Assembly (NCBI RefSeq): GCF_009834535.1
Contig: NC_045696.1
Location: 106,332,001-106,396,000 of the forward strand
DNA: 64,000 nt
From: Camelus ferus
Taxonomy: Eukaryota
Reading direction: 5' to 3'
Shown here: positions 13,001 to 27,362 of the stretch, in pieces
Position numbering within the stretch: the stretch's first letter is position 1
How the letters are laid out: each line of letters opens with the position of its first letter
Program-made: the position numbers and the translations under genes
The notes under the pieces: generated by a model
What the model saw: only the letters and a program-made list of their open reading frames with translations
Database searches by the model: none
What the model was told of the DNA's origin: nothing

Positions 13001-13429
13001 CTGTGTAAAATTCAATTTCAGAGCCAGCCAAACAGAGCTTCTTTCAGTTGCCAGAGGGTAGCTATTCTCTCTCTCATTTCCTTATCCCCTCCCTCACAGC
13101 ATTCCTGGCTAACTTTACTCATCTTTCAAGTCTGAGCTTGTATGTCAATGTCATCCTCCAGGAAGCATGCCCTGACAACTCCTAGGTCTGGATTAGGTAT
13201 CCCTTCTAGCGTCCTTTATCATAGCACACTCATTACTTTTTTAGGATAGAAGTCTGTCTCCTCTTCAGAGGCAAGAAACCAGCCTGACCTGGAAATCTCA
13301 GAGAAGTTACTATCAATGGATCATAAAACATACCATATAGAAATCCGTATTTTTGTAAAATGCAAACTCACAACTATCATCCAAGATGGGAACACAACAA
13401 AACCATGCAAGATGTATATACACTGAAGT

Positions 13430-13610
13430 TTACAAAGCATTCCATATCCATTACTTAATCTTCACTGCAATCTTGAGTAATATTAACCCCATTTTACAGA
13501 TGAGGAAACTAAGGCTCAGGTTTGGGGGTCTACTCAGTCCCACAGTAAACGACAGAGCCAGTCTCAATCCATATCTTTCATGCCAAGTGCTTCTTTCCAT
13601 TACCTCCAGC
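13430..13610. mobile_element. MIR SINE (similar MIR fragments near 18640-18880, 28760-28960, 41830-42200, 44520-44670, 52030-52120, 56600-56830)
   Basis: MIR core CCCATTTTACAGATGAGGAAACTAAGGCTCAG; degenerate matches at the other loci. Confidence 0.75.
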
Positions 13611-16600
13611 ATATGAGACATTCAGAACAAACTGACTGAAAAGACAAAAGAATTCAGTAAAGGTATTTTCTTTTTCCTCCTGTTTTTCAATTTTACACTT
13701 TTATACAAAAATAAGAGCATCTCTAACTTTTAGTCAGACATCCTTTTCCCAGTAGATCAAAGGAATACAATCTCCTGTCCACAAATTTTTAATGTTGGGG
13801 GGGAAATTACCCTACTTATATACTATTGAAATTCAACAATTACTTTTTGGGCTCGGCCCTGTGCTAGGCTCTATGAAGAATACAAAAGCATCACATAATG
13901 GAAAGCCTGATCTGAAGAGTTTACAATATCCTTGGGAAGACAAAAATAACACTAACAATTAAGGCAGTGCTGTATTATAGACAGTGAGCTTACAGGGCTG
14001 ACAAAAGTAGATGATAAGACAAGCTTAACAGGTTTTGAGGCAATGGTAGGAACTAAGATGAACCCTAGAAAATGGTCAGCATTTGGATAAGTGGATGAGG
14101 AAGGCAAAGGGAATAATGCTGGAAATGAATATGGCATATTTCTGGGTCAATACCAGGAGTCAGGCCTGAAAAGAAGGTTCCCTTTAAGATGGGAACATTA
14201 AGCATGAAACAAAGTTGGAAAAGTGATAGAGAGAAAATATAAACTAAAGGGGGACAGATTAAGGCAAGATCATGTTTTTATCAGAAAAAGGACATGAAGG
14301 AAGTAGTGACTAACTAAGGAAGAAAAGCTGAGTGTGGAATGGATTGGAATATAGATAATCCTAGACCCAAAAGAGGCAACTAAATGGCTGATGTCTCTCC
14401 TTTGTGGTCCCAAGTCCCTCTGTGTTTATCATTATCACAGCATTTATTAATCAAACTACGGTGGATTGCCTCTTTAGTTATCTGACTCCTCCATTAGACT
14501 TTTGGAACCCCCAGAGGAGTGACTACATTATTCCCTCTCATATACTCCCAAACTTACACAAGGCCTACCAGGCACCTGGTAGGCACTCAATAAATGTCTG
14601 TTGAAGAAATTAATCAATTCATCCAGGTATCTGGTTATATGACACTGACTAGGTGGCAGCCATAGGAATCATTTATAGAGAGGACATTTTAAGAAAGTAG
14701 TTAACAAGATGGTTTGATAGGTACAGGAAAAGTGATACGTGACACATGTTGAGTGTCAAGTCCGGATGCCTGGGTGCAGAGAATACTAGGAAGTTTGGAG
14801 AACAAATCTCTTAGCAAAACAAGGATCTATCCTGATTTTATACATACTGAATTATCTTTGAGGTAAGATAAGAATCTCCAGGTAGAAAGGCTAAAACGTA
14901 AGCCTTGGAGATATCCCACACTTTGAAGATGGGAGAAGAACCAGTATTAAGATGCTACAAAAATGCATTTGCCAGGGAACATTTTCAGCTAGAATCTTAA
15001 ATTTGCCCACTAATAAATGGACTCAGGAGGCACTCACTTTTACATGAAGGCTAACTTTTCTACTTCCTTTCTTTGTTCTGAAAGAGATTAATTTTCAGTG
15101 TGATGGAGAAAAAGGTCTCAAATATGAAAACAACATGTACAGTGCCTACCACAGCATATCTAAATGCCTAAAACAGAGCATTATGATTTTTGATCAAAAC
15201 CAAGATAGAAAGTAACAACACACTTTGCCATTAAAACAGTAGGAAAAGTAAAAAAAAAAAATTAATTGGAATCTAGACTTGCTGGAGAAATGTTTCAATC
15301 AGGTATGAGCACACTTTTCCTAAACAGTCAAAATAGCATAAATTGTAACTGAAAACCTAATTATCACCTAAAAATAGAAAATTATCTTTAAAATCATTGA
15401 AGGCTGGAGTCAGAAGCTAAAGATCAATTGTGTCATTTAAATTTTGAACAGTATGACTTCTCAATTACCTGAAGCAGCTCTTATTTGGAATATTGTGCGT
15501 TCATTCTTGGCCTACTTGGTGTGAAGCAGCCAAAAACTACAGTGGACACTGAAAACTACAATCTGAATATAAAGTTTGATCTACTTAGGAAAACTCACTT
15601 TTCATAAGATGTTCATAAAATAAGGAGAAAATACACATTTGTGGGTAGCTATAATAAGGCAAATGGTAAATACCTTAAAAAATTATTTGGACTTGGAAAA
15701 TTACAAACATACTCACTGTTCTGTTCCTGTAATAATAATTATTATGATGCTCTTTATGAAGAATGTAACATCCAATCATCCAAGCACAACAGCTTTCTAA
15801 TATTTAGCACAGTTAAGGAATGAGATTATTTGTATTCCAATCAAAGTCACCATTACCATATGTGAATTTCCAATTTTAAAAGAATTAGATAATGATGATT
15901 TATTATTCAAACTAAAGTTATTTTTAACATAAGGCCTTGATTCAGGAGGCACTTGAGAAATTTATAGTGAACTTCAAGTCAGCTTAGCATTTATTGTGCA
16001 CCTACTATATGTATATATTGAACAAAACTGAGAAGTGGCAGTAATTTAGTTCACTCTTACAATTACCCTGTGGTATAGATTTTTGAAATGTAGGTAGTGT
16101 CAGATACAGTTTCAATCTGTATAACACCAGTTCAGAAACTAGGAGTTGTTGTACTTGTCTTTGTTTTATCAATATATGATTATAAATCACCCTATATTCT
16201 CTGAAAATGAAAAGTACAATATAATAATTGCACTAATAAATGCCAAAATATTTTATAGTATATTGATGAATATTATTAATATAATCATTCCAAAGAACAT
16301 CAAAAATGTGTTAGAACATTATGAATCTGTAAGCATACAGTTAAGTGGTTTATAAATATGAAAAGATATATACAGATATGCTAATATATACAAATATACA
16401 CGAATATCAGCTAATCTTGACGTTCAAAGTTAGTATCACATACACATATAAACAGCTTATCTATCTGCATACGAAACTATGTCAATTTGATCTAATAATT
16501 TCTGGAGGATCTTGTTACCCTTTTAACCAGACTGAACTGTCTCAGAATATGAAGTTTTAAACAAGTAAGACTCAGAATCACTCCATTTTATTTGGTATTA

Positions 16601-19600
16601 CGGTCATCTTCATTTATGTTTACCTGTAACGCTTTCAAAAATGACTGACAAGATATTTCTTTTGAATCATCCTAAAACTTCTACTTTAGGCTAAAATTTC
16701 CAAAAGCCAAAGGCTTCATCTTTTGGGAGCTCATGCAAGAAAATGGAAAGTGTCTCTATTCTACTGAACCCAGAAGTACATAATTTCCTGGAACCAGAAA
16801 ATCAAGTACCAAAATCATTACCAAAATGAACTTATTTCATCAGTACATTAAAATACTTCAGAAGACACTTTTAAATATGGATACCTGTTGAAAACCACAC
16901 AATTCTACAGTAGCCACAAATGCTTGCCTGAGTTTACCAGAGAGACCCAATCTAGTTTTCTACTTTGATTCTACTTTGTAACTACAAAGCCAGACACATT
17001 TGCTTATATCATCTTTTGCCTTTCAACACAGGGAATATCATCTTAGGGCCACAAAGGGATATCTGTTGACTTTTTTCATGGAGAATCACTAATATAAAAA
17101 CCAGATTCAGGTGCATTAATTTAGGTACATTAAAAAAAAGCAGTGTTTAACCAACTCTGACTCAAGGTCTCCAAAAACATTTCGATAGCTAATTCTTCAT
17201 CAAATAACAGATTTAACATGGTTGAGCTAATACCAGAGTAAATTCACCAAAAATATCCTGTAATTACTCTTTAAAAGTCATACATAGATCTCCACACTAG
17301 AGGAAGCTCAAAATTTGCAATACAGCAGTTTATCTGATATAGCTACTCTCTGTTGTAGTTGCAAATGCTGTAGTTTATGACCTACACGATTGACCTCCCT
17401 GTTCTCTCTGTTCATATCTTACTCCATACCTAATGATCTTCTACTCAGTTATGCATTTGACATTTGCTTTTCAGGACCTGATTCTGTTTTCAAACCTTTA
17501 ACACATTAGGACCATTCAAATTTATGCTAAATATTGTACCATTAACAAAAAGTTGTCCCTAGGATAACTTCTCATTCTTCAACATTTAAAACTAACCAGT
17601 TCTGATGTTTAATAATATCTTTCAACAAAGGCATACTCACTGACTAGGTAAAATGGTCCTTTATAACATGAGTTATCAACAAAGAAGTTCCCTATATTTA
17701 TGGGTATGGTTACGGCTCTAACTCAGCTGAGTAGATTAGTTGTGGGCCAGGATGAAAAGTCATTATTCATCTTCAATTTCTTTGATTTTGTTTTTCCTGC
17801 TAGTGTATTATGTTTTATATGTTCACAATCTTTATTGAGACAAACCAGACTTAATATTGCTAGAAAAATGACAGAACTCTGGTTGTAATGTAGCTAAAAT
17901 TAGTCATCAATTCTTTCATGTCTTTCCAATTGGATATTTTCAATTCAAAGCTGATTACTATAGCCACTGTCCTTCCCTTCCCTAAAGCTGGAAGACTACC
18001 TTTGGTTGCCTACGCTCTGCGGCCACCTCCTTCTACCTACTTATTTTGGTCCAGTAATGGTCTCTGTATGACTGATTCAACGGCGGCTGTGCAATATGCA
18101 TTAAAAGAATTAGTCAATTCTCTTTTCCTAAACATTATTTTGGTTCCCCCCTTTCCTCTATTAATATTGTAATATTCTAGTATTAGACAAGGTTACTTAA
18201 AAATAAATAAAATGTTAAAGGTGTAATTCACTTTTCATTCTCTTGACTATATACAATTAATTTTTAGACAGTAACAAAGTTCAAGAAAGAATTAAGTCAG
18301 AAAAAATAACTATTTCTGAGGTAAAGAAAGATTTATCAAATCATACTACAAACACCTCTATAAGACCCTAAGTGAAAAGATTTTGGGTAATCTGTCCCTT
18401 TCAAACTATAAATAGATTTTAGTCTTATAAGTAGCAATCACTTTCACTGGAATGCGTTTGTGTTATCACTTGCATTCTCTTGTCTGAATCAAGAATTCTA
18501 GCTCCTCCCTCTCTTCTCCTTCAGTTTGAATTGTTTTCTCTGACATTTCTTATTTGAGTTTTCCTTTCTCTTCTCTGAAAAGAATCATTTTATTTTTGAA
18601 GTTGTTTTAAATTAGGGCCAATAATGAATAAACACCTAAATGCTGATTTGTGGGTATCCACAACATACCAGCACTGAATTTTATATTTCTGACTTAATTC
18701 TTAATAACTTGGCAAGATGGGCTGTGTTATCTCCCTTTACAGATAATGAAGTTGAGAGTCAAGGAAATTAAGCAACTTGCCCAAAGACTCTACTAGGAAA
18801 GGACTTAATTAGGAAATACCAGAACCAGGAATTCAATCTACCGTTGTCCAACTCAAAAGCCCATACTCTTTCCACTCCACTATCTATCTTTCCACACAAA
18901 CCTTTCTTATCTTCTTAGCTTACAGCTAAGTGTCTGACACTTGATAATTCTTTAAGAGGCACTAAAGCTATCAAACTATACCTTAGCCGGTTTTTAAGAA
19001 TACACTCTTTCCAGTGTTTTTATGCCTCATTTGATATTTTATCACCTTTCAGGAAGTTACTGTGTTCTTTGGTAAATGAGAAATTTCTAAAAGTGATGAT
19101 TAACACTTGAATTAGCTACTCATATGAGATATGACTCAAGATAAGTCTTTCATGTGGAATCCCTGATTGAGAACTTTAGCTTTTCTCCTAAACAACCATA
19201 GAAGCAGTAATAATGAAAATAATTACAGCATCATTATCTTCTATCATTTATTGAACACTTAATAAGCCTGACATTTTCAACTGAACTATTTATTGAGGAA
19301 TCTTAAGTGATATCTAGGATTATCAATATACAAAGGTGACTGGCTTTGTGTGGGGGAATGTCTGCTTGCCTAAGAAAGCATATTAAATTAAACCTATCCC
19401 TTCAACTAATTTGTGTGCCTAGGTACAACCCAAACTGATTGATTTTACGGGTGGATTTAATACCACTTTCCCTGGTATTAATCAAACTAGACTTAAAGGG
19501 CTGATTAAATCATTACAAAGTCCCGGAGTTAAGGGACAAAGGCAAAGTCAACATGAGAAAATAAGAAATATCTACTATTTCTGTGAACTGAGAAGATGTG

Positions 19601-20727
19601 AAGAGAAGGTGTCAAGTAACCCAGGGGAGGGGGGCGGTTTCCATCCAGCTCCTCACCTTCCCTTCTAGCTAAATTTGAATAGTCAAGCAGCCTTACTTGC
19701 TTAACTTGCCTCTACTTTACAAACACACATCCCCAAGACATCCCTTCTATAGAGTCTTTTTTTTTTTTTGGAAGACGGGAGCACAGAATAAGAATTATAG
19801 TCAGTAGAAACTTCCATAAACAAAGCATCCTAGCCTTGCCATGGTCAAGCAAGAGTTAAACTGAAGATGTTATCTTGCTGATAACACTAACAGGGTAAGA
19901 GAAGAAGAAAGGGACTCATTTGTGCCCTCACTGCTACCCCATGAGCCTCATCCTGATCTTTTTTTTGTGTCCTCCTTCCCCAGGACACAGTTCAACCCTG
20001 TGGACACTCAGTGTTTCCCAATGCTATGAGTAGTCTTAGGCTAGACCTTCTTTCTTAGAATTAATGTGATAAAAGCATACATAATAATTTGCTCTTAGGA
20101 GAGAGAATTCATCTTTCAGTCATCTGCAATCTTATCACATGTGTCTTAGTTAATTTTTTTTTAGAGTATAATCACCTTGGTTATGTTGCTTAAAAATGTT
20201 TCCTCCTTAAACATGAGGGAATTATGGAGAAAAGAAGGGCATTTAGGTTATGAAGAGTTTATTTAAATTTTCTAATGATTGCTTTCTAAATTCTGATATT
20301 TAAAACATCACTAGGAGACTCAAACCTTAGAGACCATCAGTGGGTTAATCAAAAATAAAACAAACCCCCCCAAACCCTACTGACCTATTCTCCCACCCTT
20401 TTCCAATTATAAAAAATCATCGATTTTGCTCTCTTGCTTTTGCTGGATATTAAAGTCACAAAAGCATTCTCCAAAGTAAACATTTTTAAAAATGTAAAAC
20501 AAGTATGCTACAAAAAAAAAAAAATGAAGTTAACCATGTCAGTTAACAGCTATCCAAGAGACAATTTTTTACAGTACCATATTAAAGTCATGAATGTCAA
20601 GGGGCCATTCCGAAACAGAAGAAAAGAGAAAAGAAAAACCCTGCATTTTCAGAATTATAATATTTGACAGATTCAAACATGAAACAAACAAGACTTTTTG
20701 ATAGACTCTTAAATACATACTACTTAC

Positions 20728-20804
20728 ATGACACCTTGTAGAACTTTCTGGGGATCAGGGTCAAATAGCCTGTCAACATAGTGGCGACTGCTAGCTGTTA
20801 CTTC
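20728..20804 (-). CDS. ARMC8: ARMC8 coding exon 2 ([26 protein letters not shown])
   Basis: 77 nt; acceptor TTCTAG|GAA, donor CAT|GTAAGT; translation continues ARMC8 in frame. Confidence 0.97.
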
Positions 20805-21917
20805 CTAGAAAGTGGGGGGAAAAATTATGACATCTGAAGCCATGCAAATCACAAATTCACAGTATCACCCACAACACAAAATAGCTATATAATCTAACGT
20901 AAGGCAGAAGCATTAGAGTTTCTATAAAATACTTATAATATTAAATCATTCTGAGAAAAGCTTGTGACAAGATAAAAAATAAGAGGGAAGAAAGAAGATA
21001 CCCGGTTCTCACTAAAAACATAACTAGACGGTGGGACTTTTGTGGTGATCCCTGCAAGCTTCGCCAACAGAAGAACTGGGAACAAGTGTTAAGAAGCAAG
21101 CCACGTTTCTGAATGGTTGGATATCACCTATATATGAAAAAAAGAAATGTTGCTTCTGCTTAGTACCCATTAAAGGGAGGGAAAATCCAATTCTCAGCAA
21201 GGAAAAAAGGACTTCATGAGTCTGTGAAGGGTAGTCTGAGTGCAAGAGGAACAGCCTCAGAGTGATGCAGAGGAGCTGTACTGCTAGGAACAGACATATG
21301 TAAAAAATAAACTAATATAAAGGAGTTGTCACACTTACTGTGAGGGAAAAACAATTAAGAATTAGAGTGACTTGTCAGGTCCAACAGAGTTACCCAGTCT
21401 AAACTGGCTAAAGCCGCAAAGAAGGGGGAGAGTTAGAGCATGAAGAGCAAGGGAGACACTTACCTCCTTGTATTTGTATTGCAGGGTTTGCTCTATTATG
21501 TTCTTTTTTGTTAATATTTATGGGGGGATTGTTTATTTTTTATATCTAATTTTCAGTACTTAACATTATTTAAAGCAAAGAATATATGTCTAAGAGCCAT
21601 GGAAAAAGAATTTTCGTCCCTTGCTGTTTCTTTCTGAGGCCTGCTGGAATATGCTCATGTACTACCAACCACCCATCAGCAATAAATCACTATAGAGAGG
21701 AAGAAATGGTCTTCTGGTTTACCTAGAACCCTTGATTAGAAAAGAGTTAATCGCCAAAACACAGGGCCAGCTTAAAATTCTGAGTCTCCAAAAACAACTC
21801 TGGAGAAAAATTTCAAGAACTCCAATTTCCTGACAATATAGTTAATCCAAAATCAAAGCATATTTTCATATTATGAGCTTGCAAAATATCCTCAAAGGCA
21901 ACTCAAATACCCACTTT

Positions 21918-22063
21918 CATTTTGTTTTGTGTTTTTTTTTCTTTCTTTGAGGGGAAGGTAATTAGGTTTGTTTATTTCTTTTTGGAGGAGGTACTGGGGA
22001 TTGAACCCAAGACCTTGTGCATGCTAAGCACACGCTCTACCACTTGAGCTATATCTTCCCCAC
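21918..22063 (-). mobile_element. tRNA-derived SINE (vic-1-like)
   Basis: Reverse-complement head and GGTAATTAGG tail motif; 14-bp TSD CAAATACCCACTTT at 21904-21917 and 22064-22077. Confidence 0.92.
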
Positions 22064-23479
22064 CAAATACCCACTTTTAATACATACTCCATTTATGGAA
22101 GAACAAACTGTAGCAGCAAACAAGCCAAACTGATGAAAATCCTTATGCCCAAAAGGGTACCACTAAGGACTTCCTAACAGGGTCTGGCTTCCTCAAAATA
22201 ACAGAATCAGAGAGTTAGAAGGACTCTTAACTACCTGTCCCAATCCCCTGGCTAACAAATGAGGGTTAATCTTTACCCAGATGTCAGACTATCAAATGTT
22301 AAATAGGGATTCAAACAACAGCACAAATATATCAAGAAATGATATACTCAAGAGCAAAATCCAGGGCAAAACTAAAAACAGTATTCCTATAATACAAACA
22401 GATAAGTCTTGTCACTCCATTTGAGCATATGTGCTTTCCAACAAAAGTTCTTCTGCGAACTTCAGATCTTTCGACTCCCTTCCTATCTAGGGATTCATCT
22501 TTGACTTTACTGTTCCTCTCCGCACACTCTCCCACAGCTCTATATCTCTTGCCTCTCAATACGGTTTTTAAAAAAGTACTTGGGTTTAAGAGCTGTATTT
22601 TAAACAATATAAAGTTCGCCCATTAACAGCAAACTCCCTTACTGCCCTATGACTGGGTCATTCAATTTAACAAGCACTGCAGAGCTACTATATATGCAAG
22701 GCACTGAGGAAGGCATTAAAGTCAGAAAAAAAAATTAGAAAGGCATGGTTCCTCCCCTCAAGAACCCACATGCTACTGTAATTTTGTGTACATGTTTATA
22801 TTCCCTACTAAAATACAAAACAGAAGTATATACACATAAAGGCAACATTGAGGAGGGAGTTAATAAGCCAGCAGCATCAGTGAAGGCTTCTTAAAGGAGG
22901 CGGTTTTGGAAAATGAGTAAGACGCAAAAGGACAAACAAGGAAAGAATCAGTGTCACAGCCACAGCCATAGGGCATGTGAAGCCAACACACAAGTACCAT
23001 AAGCAACTACATCAGTTGCTGGCACTGAAAAAGAAGGGAGGAGAGTAGAGAGGAAACCACAGAATATAAAACACAAAAGGCTAACCAATATATCACAACA
23101 GGTAGCCAATAATTGGAGAGTTCAGACTGCCTTCTGGTCAAAGTTCTATGCAAGGTGCCGAAGAAAATAGAGGATGTTAAGGCAGAACAGTTCATGTAAA
23201 GAGCTTACAATCTATAAAGGGTCAGTCATATATACAAAAAAATGATCCTCTGAGCTGCCTAGGTAGTAGTAAGCTGAGAGGACAGTCACTTACTCAACCG
23301 GATTTTACTCTATGCTTTTGTCTAACATATTAATTTGTTTCTCTGTGTGGGACAATTCTCGTATTTCACTGCCTTCCTTTGTAGATCACACCATCTTTCT
23401 CATTTCAGCCCTCTTCTCTTTTCTTTTAAAAGGTATCCTGGAAATGGAGATTTGAGAGAGAAGGAAAGTGGTGGAAATA

Positions 23480-26400
23480 TTAAACTGGCTGGTCAGGGAA
23501 AACTTCTCCAAGAAAATGTGCGCGAAGACCTGAAAAAGGTGAAGGAATCTGGGAAAAAAGCTTTTTAAGCAAAGAGAATAACAAATGCAAAGGCTCTGAA
23601 ATGGGAAGTGTTTGCTGAGATCAAAGAACAGGAGGCCATTACAGCTGGAGCAGAAGGAGCAAAGGAGAAAACAGTAGGAGATGAGGTCAGAGAAGAGAGA
23701 CCAGATGGTAAAGAGCTGCGTTGTCCAGTATGATAGCCACTAACCTCATATGGCTACTGGGCATTTGAAATGTGGCTAAAAATGGAATTTAAAATTTTTA
23801 ACTTTAATTAAAATTAAAAAGCCAATACTGGATTCAGTTATTAGAAAACTGTTAAGAATGTTTAGAATTACTCGGGTATGTAAATCTACTTTCAACTACA
23901 AATTTTATGAACCCTAAATACCAATCAAAATACAAAGCAAGTATTTCCATTCAAAATTTAGTATCAAAATTGTGTAAAATACACAACAGATTTTGAAGAC
24001 TCAATATAAAAAAGTAAAACACTTTAATAATTCCTTATATTGATTACATGCTGAAGTAATATTTTGATATCCTGGTTTAAATTAGATACGTTAAAATTAA
24101 TTTCATCTGTTTTCCTTTTACTTTTGCAGCACAGTTGCTAGAAAATTTAAAATTACATATGTGGCTTGCATTAATTTTCTACTGGACAACACTGTTATAG
24201 AGCCTTGCTGGTCACTGTAAGGATTTTGATATTTTACAGTGTAAGTTGGGAAGTTAGAGCTTTAGGAAAAGAGAGACATGAACTGACTTTTTTTTAAAAA
24301 GGACTGCGCTGCAATTTGCAATTTCAGAAACATACAAATGGGTGGAGCAGGCTAGGAAACAAAAGCAGGGAGACTAGGTAGGAGGCTATTTCAATAATCA
24401 GAAATGCTGTATTTCAGAGAGGTGACGAAAGTCTGGACTAGGACAAGAGTTTTTGAGGTAGTAAGATTTACTCAGATTCCAGATAAATGTTAAAATTGAA
24501 GTAACTATTAAATTGGATATACTGTCAGAATAGATATGGGGTGTGAAAGATAGAGAAGCCAAGGATAATACTTAAGGTTTTTGCCTGAGCACCCAGAAAG
24601 ACAAGCCAGTTAATAAGAAGAGAAAAAATGTGGGAGTTGCAACTCTGAGTGAAAAGATCAAAAGTTCAATTTTGGACATGTTAAGATTGAGAATTTTATT
24701 AGCCATCCAAGTGAGAATGTCAAGTTAGCAGCTGAATATATGTCGAAAGTTTAGGAGAGAGTGTGGGTGGGAGATACAAATCAGGGGTTGTCAGCGTATA
24801 AATGGGATAAATTCACTTAGGGAATAACCACCGATAAGGCAAGGCCTGGAGGCTGAACTCCGGAACACCTGAACAAGCAGTCAGTGTGGTGGGAGGAAAT
24901 TTAAGAAGCCAAACAGGGGAATTTTTTAAGGAGGGAATAATCAAATAGCATAAGATGATAACTAAGACTATCGGATTTAGGAACATGGAGGTCATCAGTG
25001 ATCTTGACAACAGCAGTACAGGCAGAATGGAGGGGCCAAAGCCTGTGTGGGGAGGGTTTAGGAGAGCAGAGGAAAAGAAGAATTAGAGAAAGCAAATATA
25101 GACAACTCTTTTCAAGGATTTTCTGGGAGTAAAGGGGAGTGAAGAAAGTAGTAGCTAGAGGGAGAAGTGAAGTCAGGAAAGCTTTTCTTTTCTTTTTTCT
25201 TTTTCTAAAGATGGAATAAATTAAAGCATGGTTATTCACTGATAGAAAAACTTCTTAAATAAAGAAAAACCTGCTGTGTCAGGGTAGGGGGAGAACTTCT
25301 GGAGCAATGTTCATGAATAATTGAGAGGGAACTGATTTACTGACCAAGTAGAGCCAGAAAGTACAACAGCCAGAGGCAATTAATTAGGTGGACATGGTGG
25401 TGAGAGCTCGTGGATATTCTCTCTGATCATGTCTATTTTTCTAAAGTTAAAATGGTGAGGGAGGGTGGGAGGCTGGGTGAAGAAAGAAGGAAGGAATACG
25501 ATACTGAATGTGCCAGAAAATACACCAGGACTGCCAGGCAGAACTAACCCTCTTGAGGTTCATGATTATGAATTTAAAGTGAGACCAGTCAGGATGACTG
25601 AGTTTTTCTCCAGCTACATTAAAATGTACAGAAGTTGTCATGAATAAGAGAGTTGGATTTAGCCAGAGCTGGAATTTCACCAGGCACGGCTGACAAAGGC
25701 AGAAGAAGGGGTCAGCAAGGTGAGGGTATATGCAAGGGCGTAATTATAATGACGGATCTATTGAAGACCAGTGAAAAGTGGTAGATTAATAGAATGCAGG
25801 TTTAACAGAGGGACTGAAGAAGGGCCGTTGGTATTCAGGCAGTAGAAGGAGTGGTTTGAGAGGACAGAAGGTGGTGGCCAGGATGTGTAAAATTGAGCTT
25901 ATAAAGGGGTTTTAGTTATTGGTAAGGTCAAGGTCTAGGAAATAACCATGGGAAAAAGTACCTCAAGGTAGGACACGGTATATGATCATTGGGGAAGTCT
26001 AGAGTTTAAGAAAAACTGTCTATCACAGATAATGAAATTTCCATAAGTTATCACAGAAATACTGATAGAAAAAGTGACCATGAGCTAGGAGCCAAAAATC
26101 CTAAAGAAATGAGGGGAATGATCCAGAGGGTCTACAGATGACTACAACAAGGTAGAGTCTGGTGAGATTCCGAGCTGGAATGTTTAGAGAAAAAGGAAGA
26201 GAGGGGTCTGAAAAGAGCAATGAGGAGCAAGTCTGTATCTATACTGTAGGCCTGGAGGCATGAGGGAAATGGGAAGAAAAAGAGTCACCAGCCGAGAAGA
26301 TTGCAGGAGAAAACTGAGGAAAAGGGTGTCAACAGGTGAAAAGCCCAGTTTCAGCCTAAACAAAACAATGAAGGAAATGTTCAAAGAAGCTGAGGATAAG

Positions 26401-26500
26401 AGAAATCCAGTGAAAAGAGCAGGAGAAAGGCAAGGGATCTGGATAGAAAAGTACAGGGACAGAACATATGGGCATGAGGAAGGACCTTAGAGTCCTCAGC
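23480..26500 (-). mobile_element. Long decayed L2 LINE segment
   Basis: Purine-rich plus strand with L2 hallmarks (TTTTGGACATGTTAAGATTGAG...CATCCAAGTG); minus-strand peptides TAVVKITDDLHVPKS and DWSHFKFII resemble L2 ORF2. Boundaries approximate. Confidence 0.75.
23716..24194. mobile_element. MER3/MER33-like hAT-Charlie element nested in L2
   Basis: Terminal inverted repeats CTGCGTTGTCCAGTA / TACTGGACAACACTG; 8-bp TSD-like GTAAAGAG / TTATAGAG. Confidence 0.8.
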
Positions 26501-27362
26501 ATCTTGTGGTAGTTAATGTAAACAGAGATAAAGAGCTTAATCCTGACAACCTCAAGGAAAAGAAGAGTGAGGCTGGATACTGGAGGAGGTAGAGGTGAAG
26601 AGAATTTGGGGGCTTTTTCATTCTTGCCAACAACAGTGTGGATGTTGGAGAGGGACAGTTTGATCCGGGCAACTCTTATTTACTCCAGAAATATAAGCAG
26701 CACTAAGTTTCCTTCCTCCCTCCTGTCCGTAGAGGCCAAAAGGTTAGGAGACTTTCTGATGATCTGTCCTTTCAAGATGTGGCTTCACTCACACTTCAAA
26801 ACAACAATACCCTTTTAAATAACTCTCTGTAGCTTCCAGTAGCTGGAAGGGATTGCACACAGTGATTCCTCCATCCTCCCAACCAATAGAGTAAATGTGC
26901 CAAGCAGCCAGCTAAAGCTAAGGGTACAGTTTGTGCCCATGAAGGAGAGTAGTGCTAGGCAGGGTCACACTATGACCTCTGCTTTTTGGCACAAGGCTTC
27001 AAACAAATGACTTAGTAAGTCCTCAAAGCCTGGCTCTGAACTCATGTACCCATTCAAAGCTGCAGAAGCCACCACAAATGTGTATATTAAAATTCTGTTA
27101 CAGTTTTATGCTTAATAGAATCCCCCCAAATTACATTATGTGAAAGTGCACATGGATCTCTTCAAGCAGAAAGTCTGTATATGTGCCAAATTTGTGAATT
27201 AGAGTCAATTCTAAGTAGAGTTGCATGTATGTATGTATGAATGGGTACTAAACATTAAAGAAAGAAGAGTGAAGCAAATTTCTTCTTGAAGGAAAACAGA
27301 AACAGGTAATGAGTTGCACTCCATTGTGGAGAACTATTATGTGGAAGCAATTTCCCTTTTAT

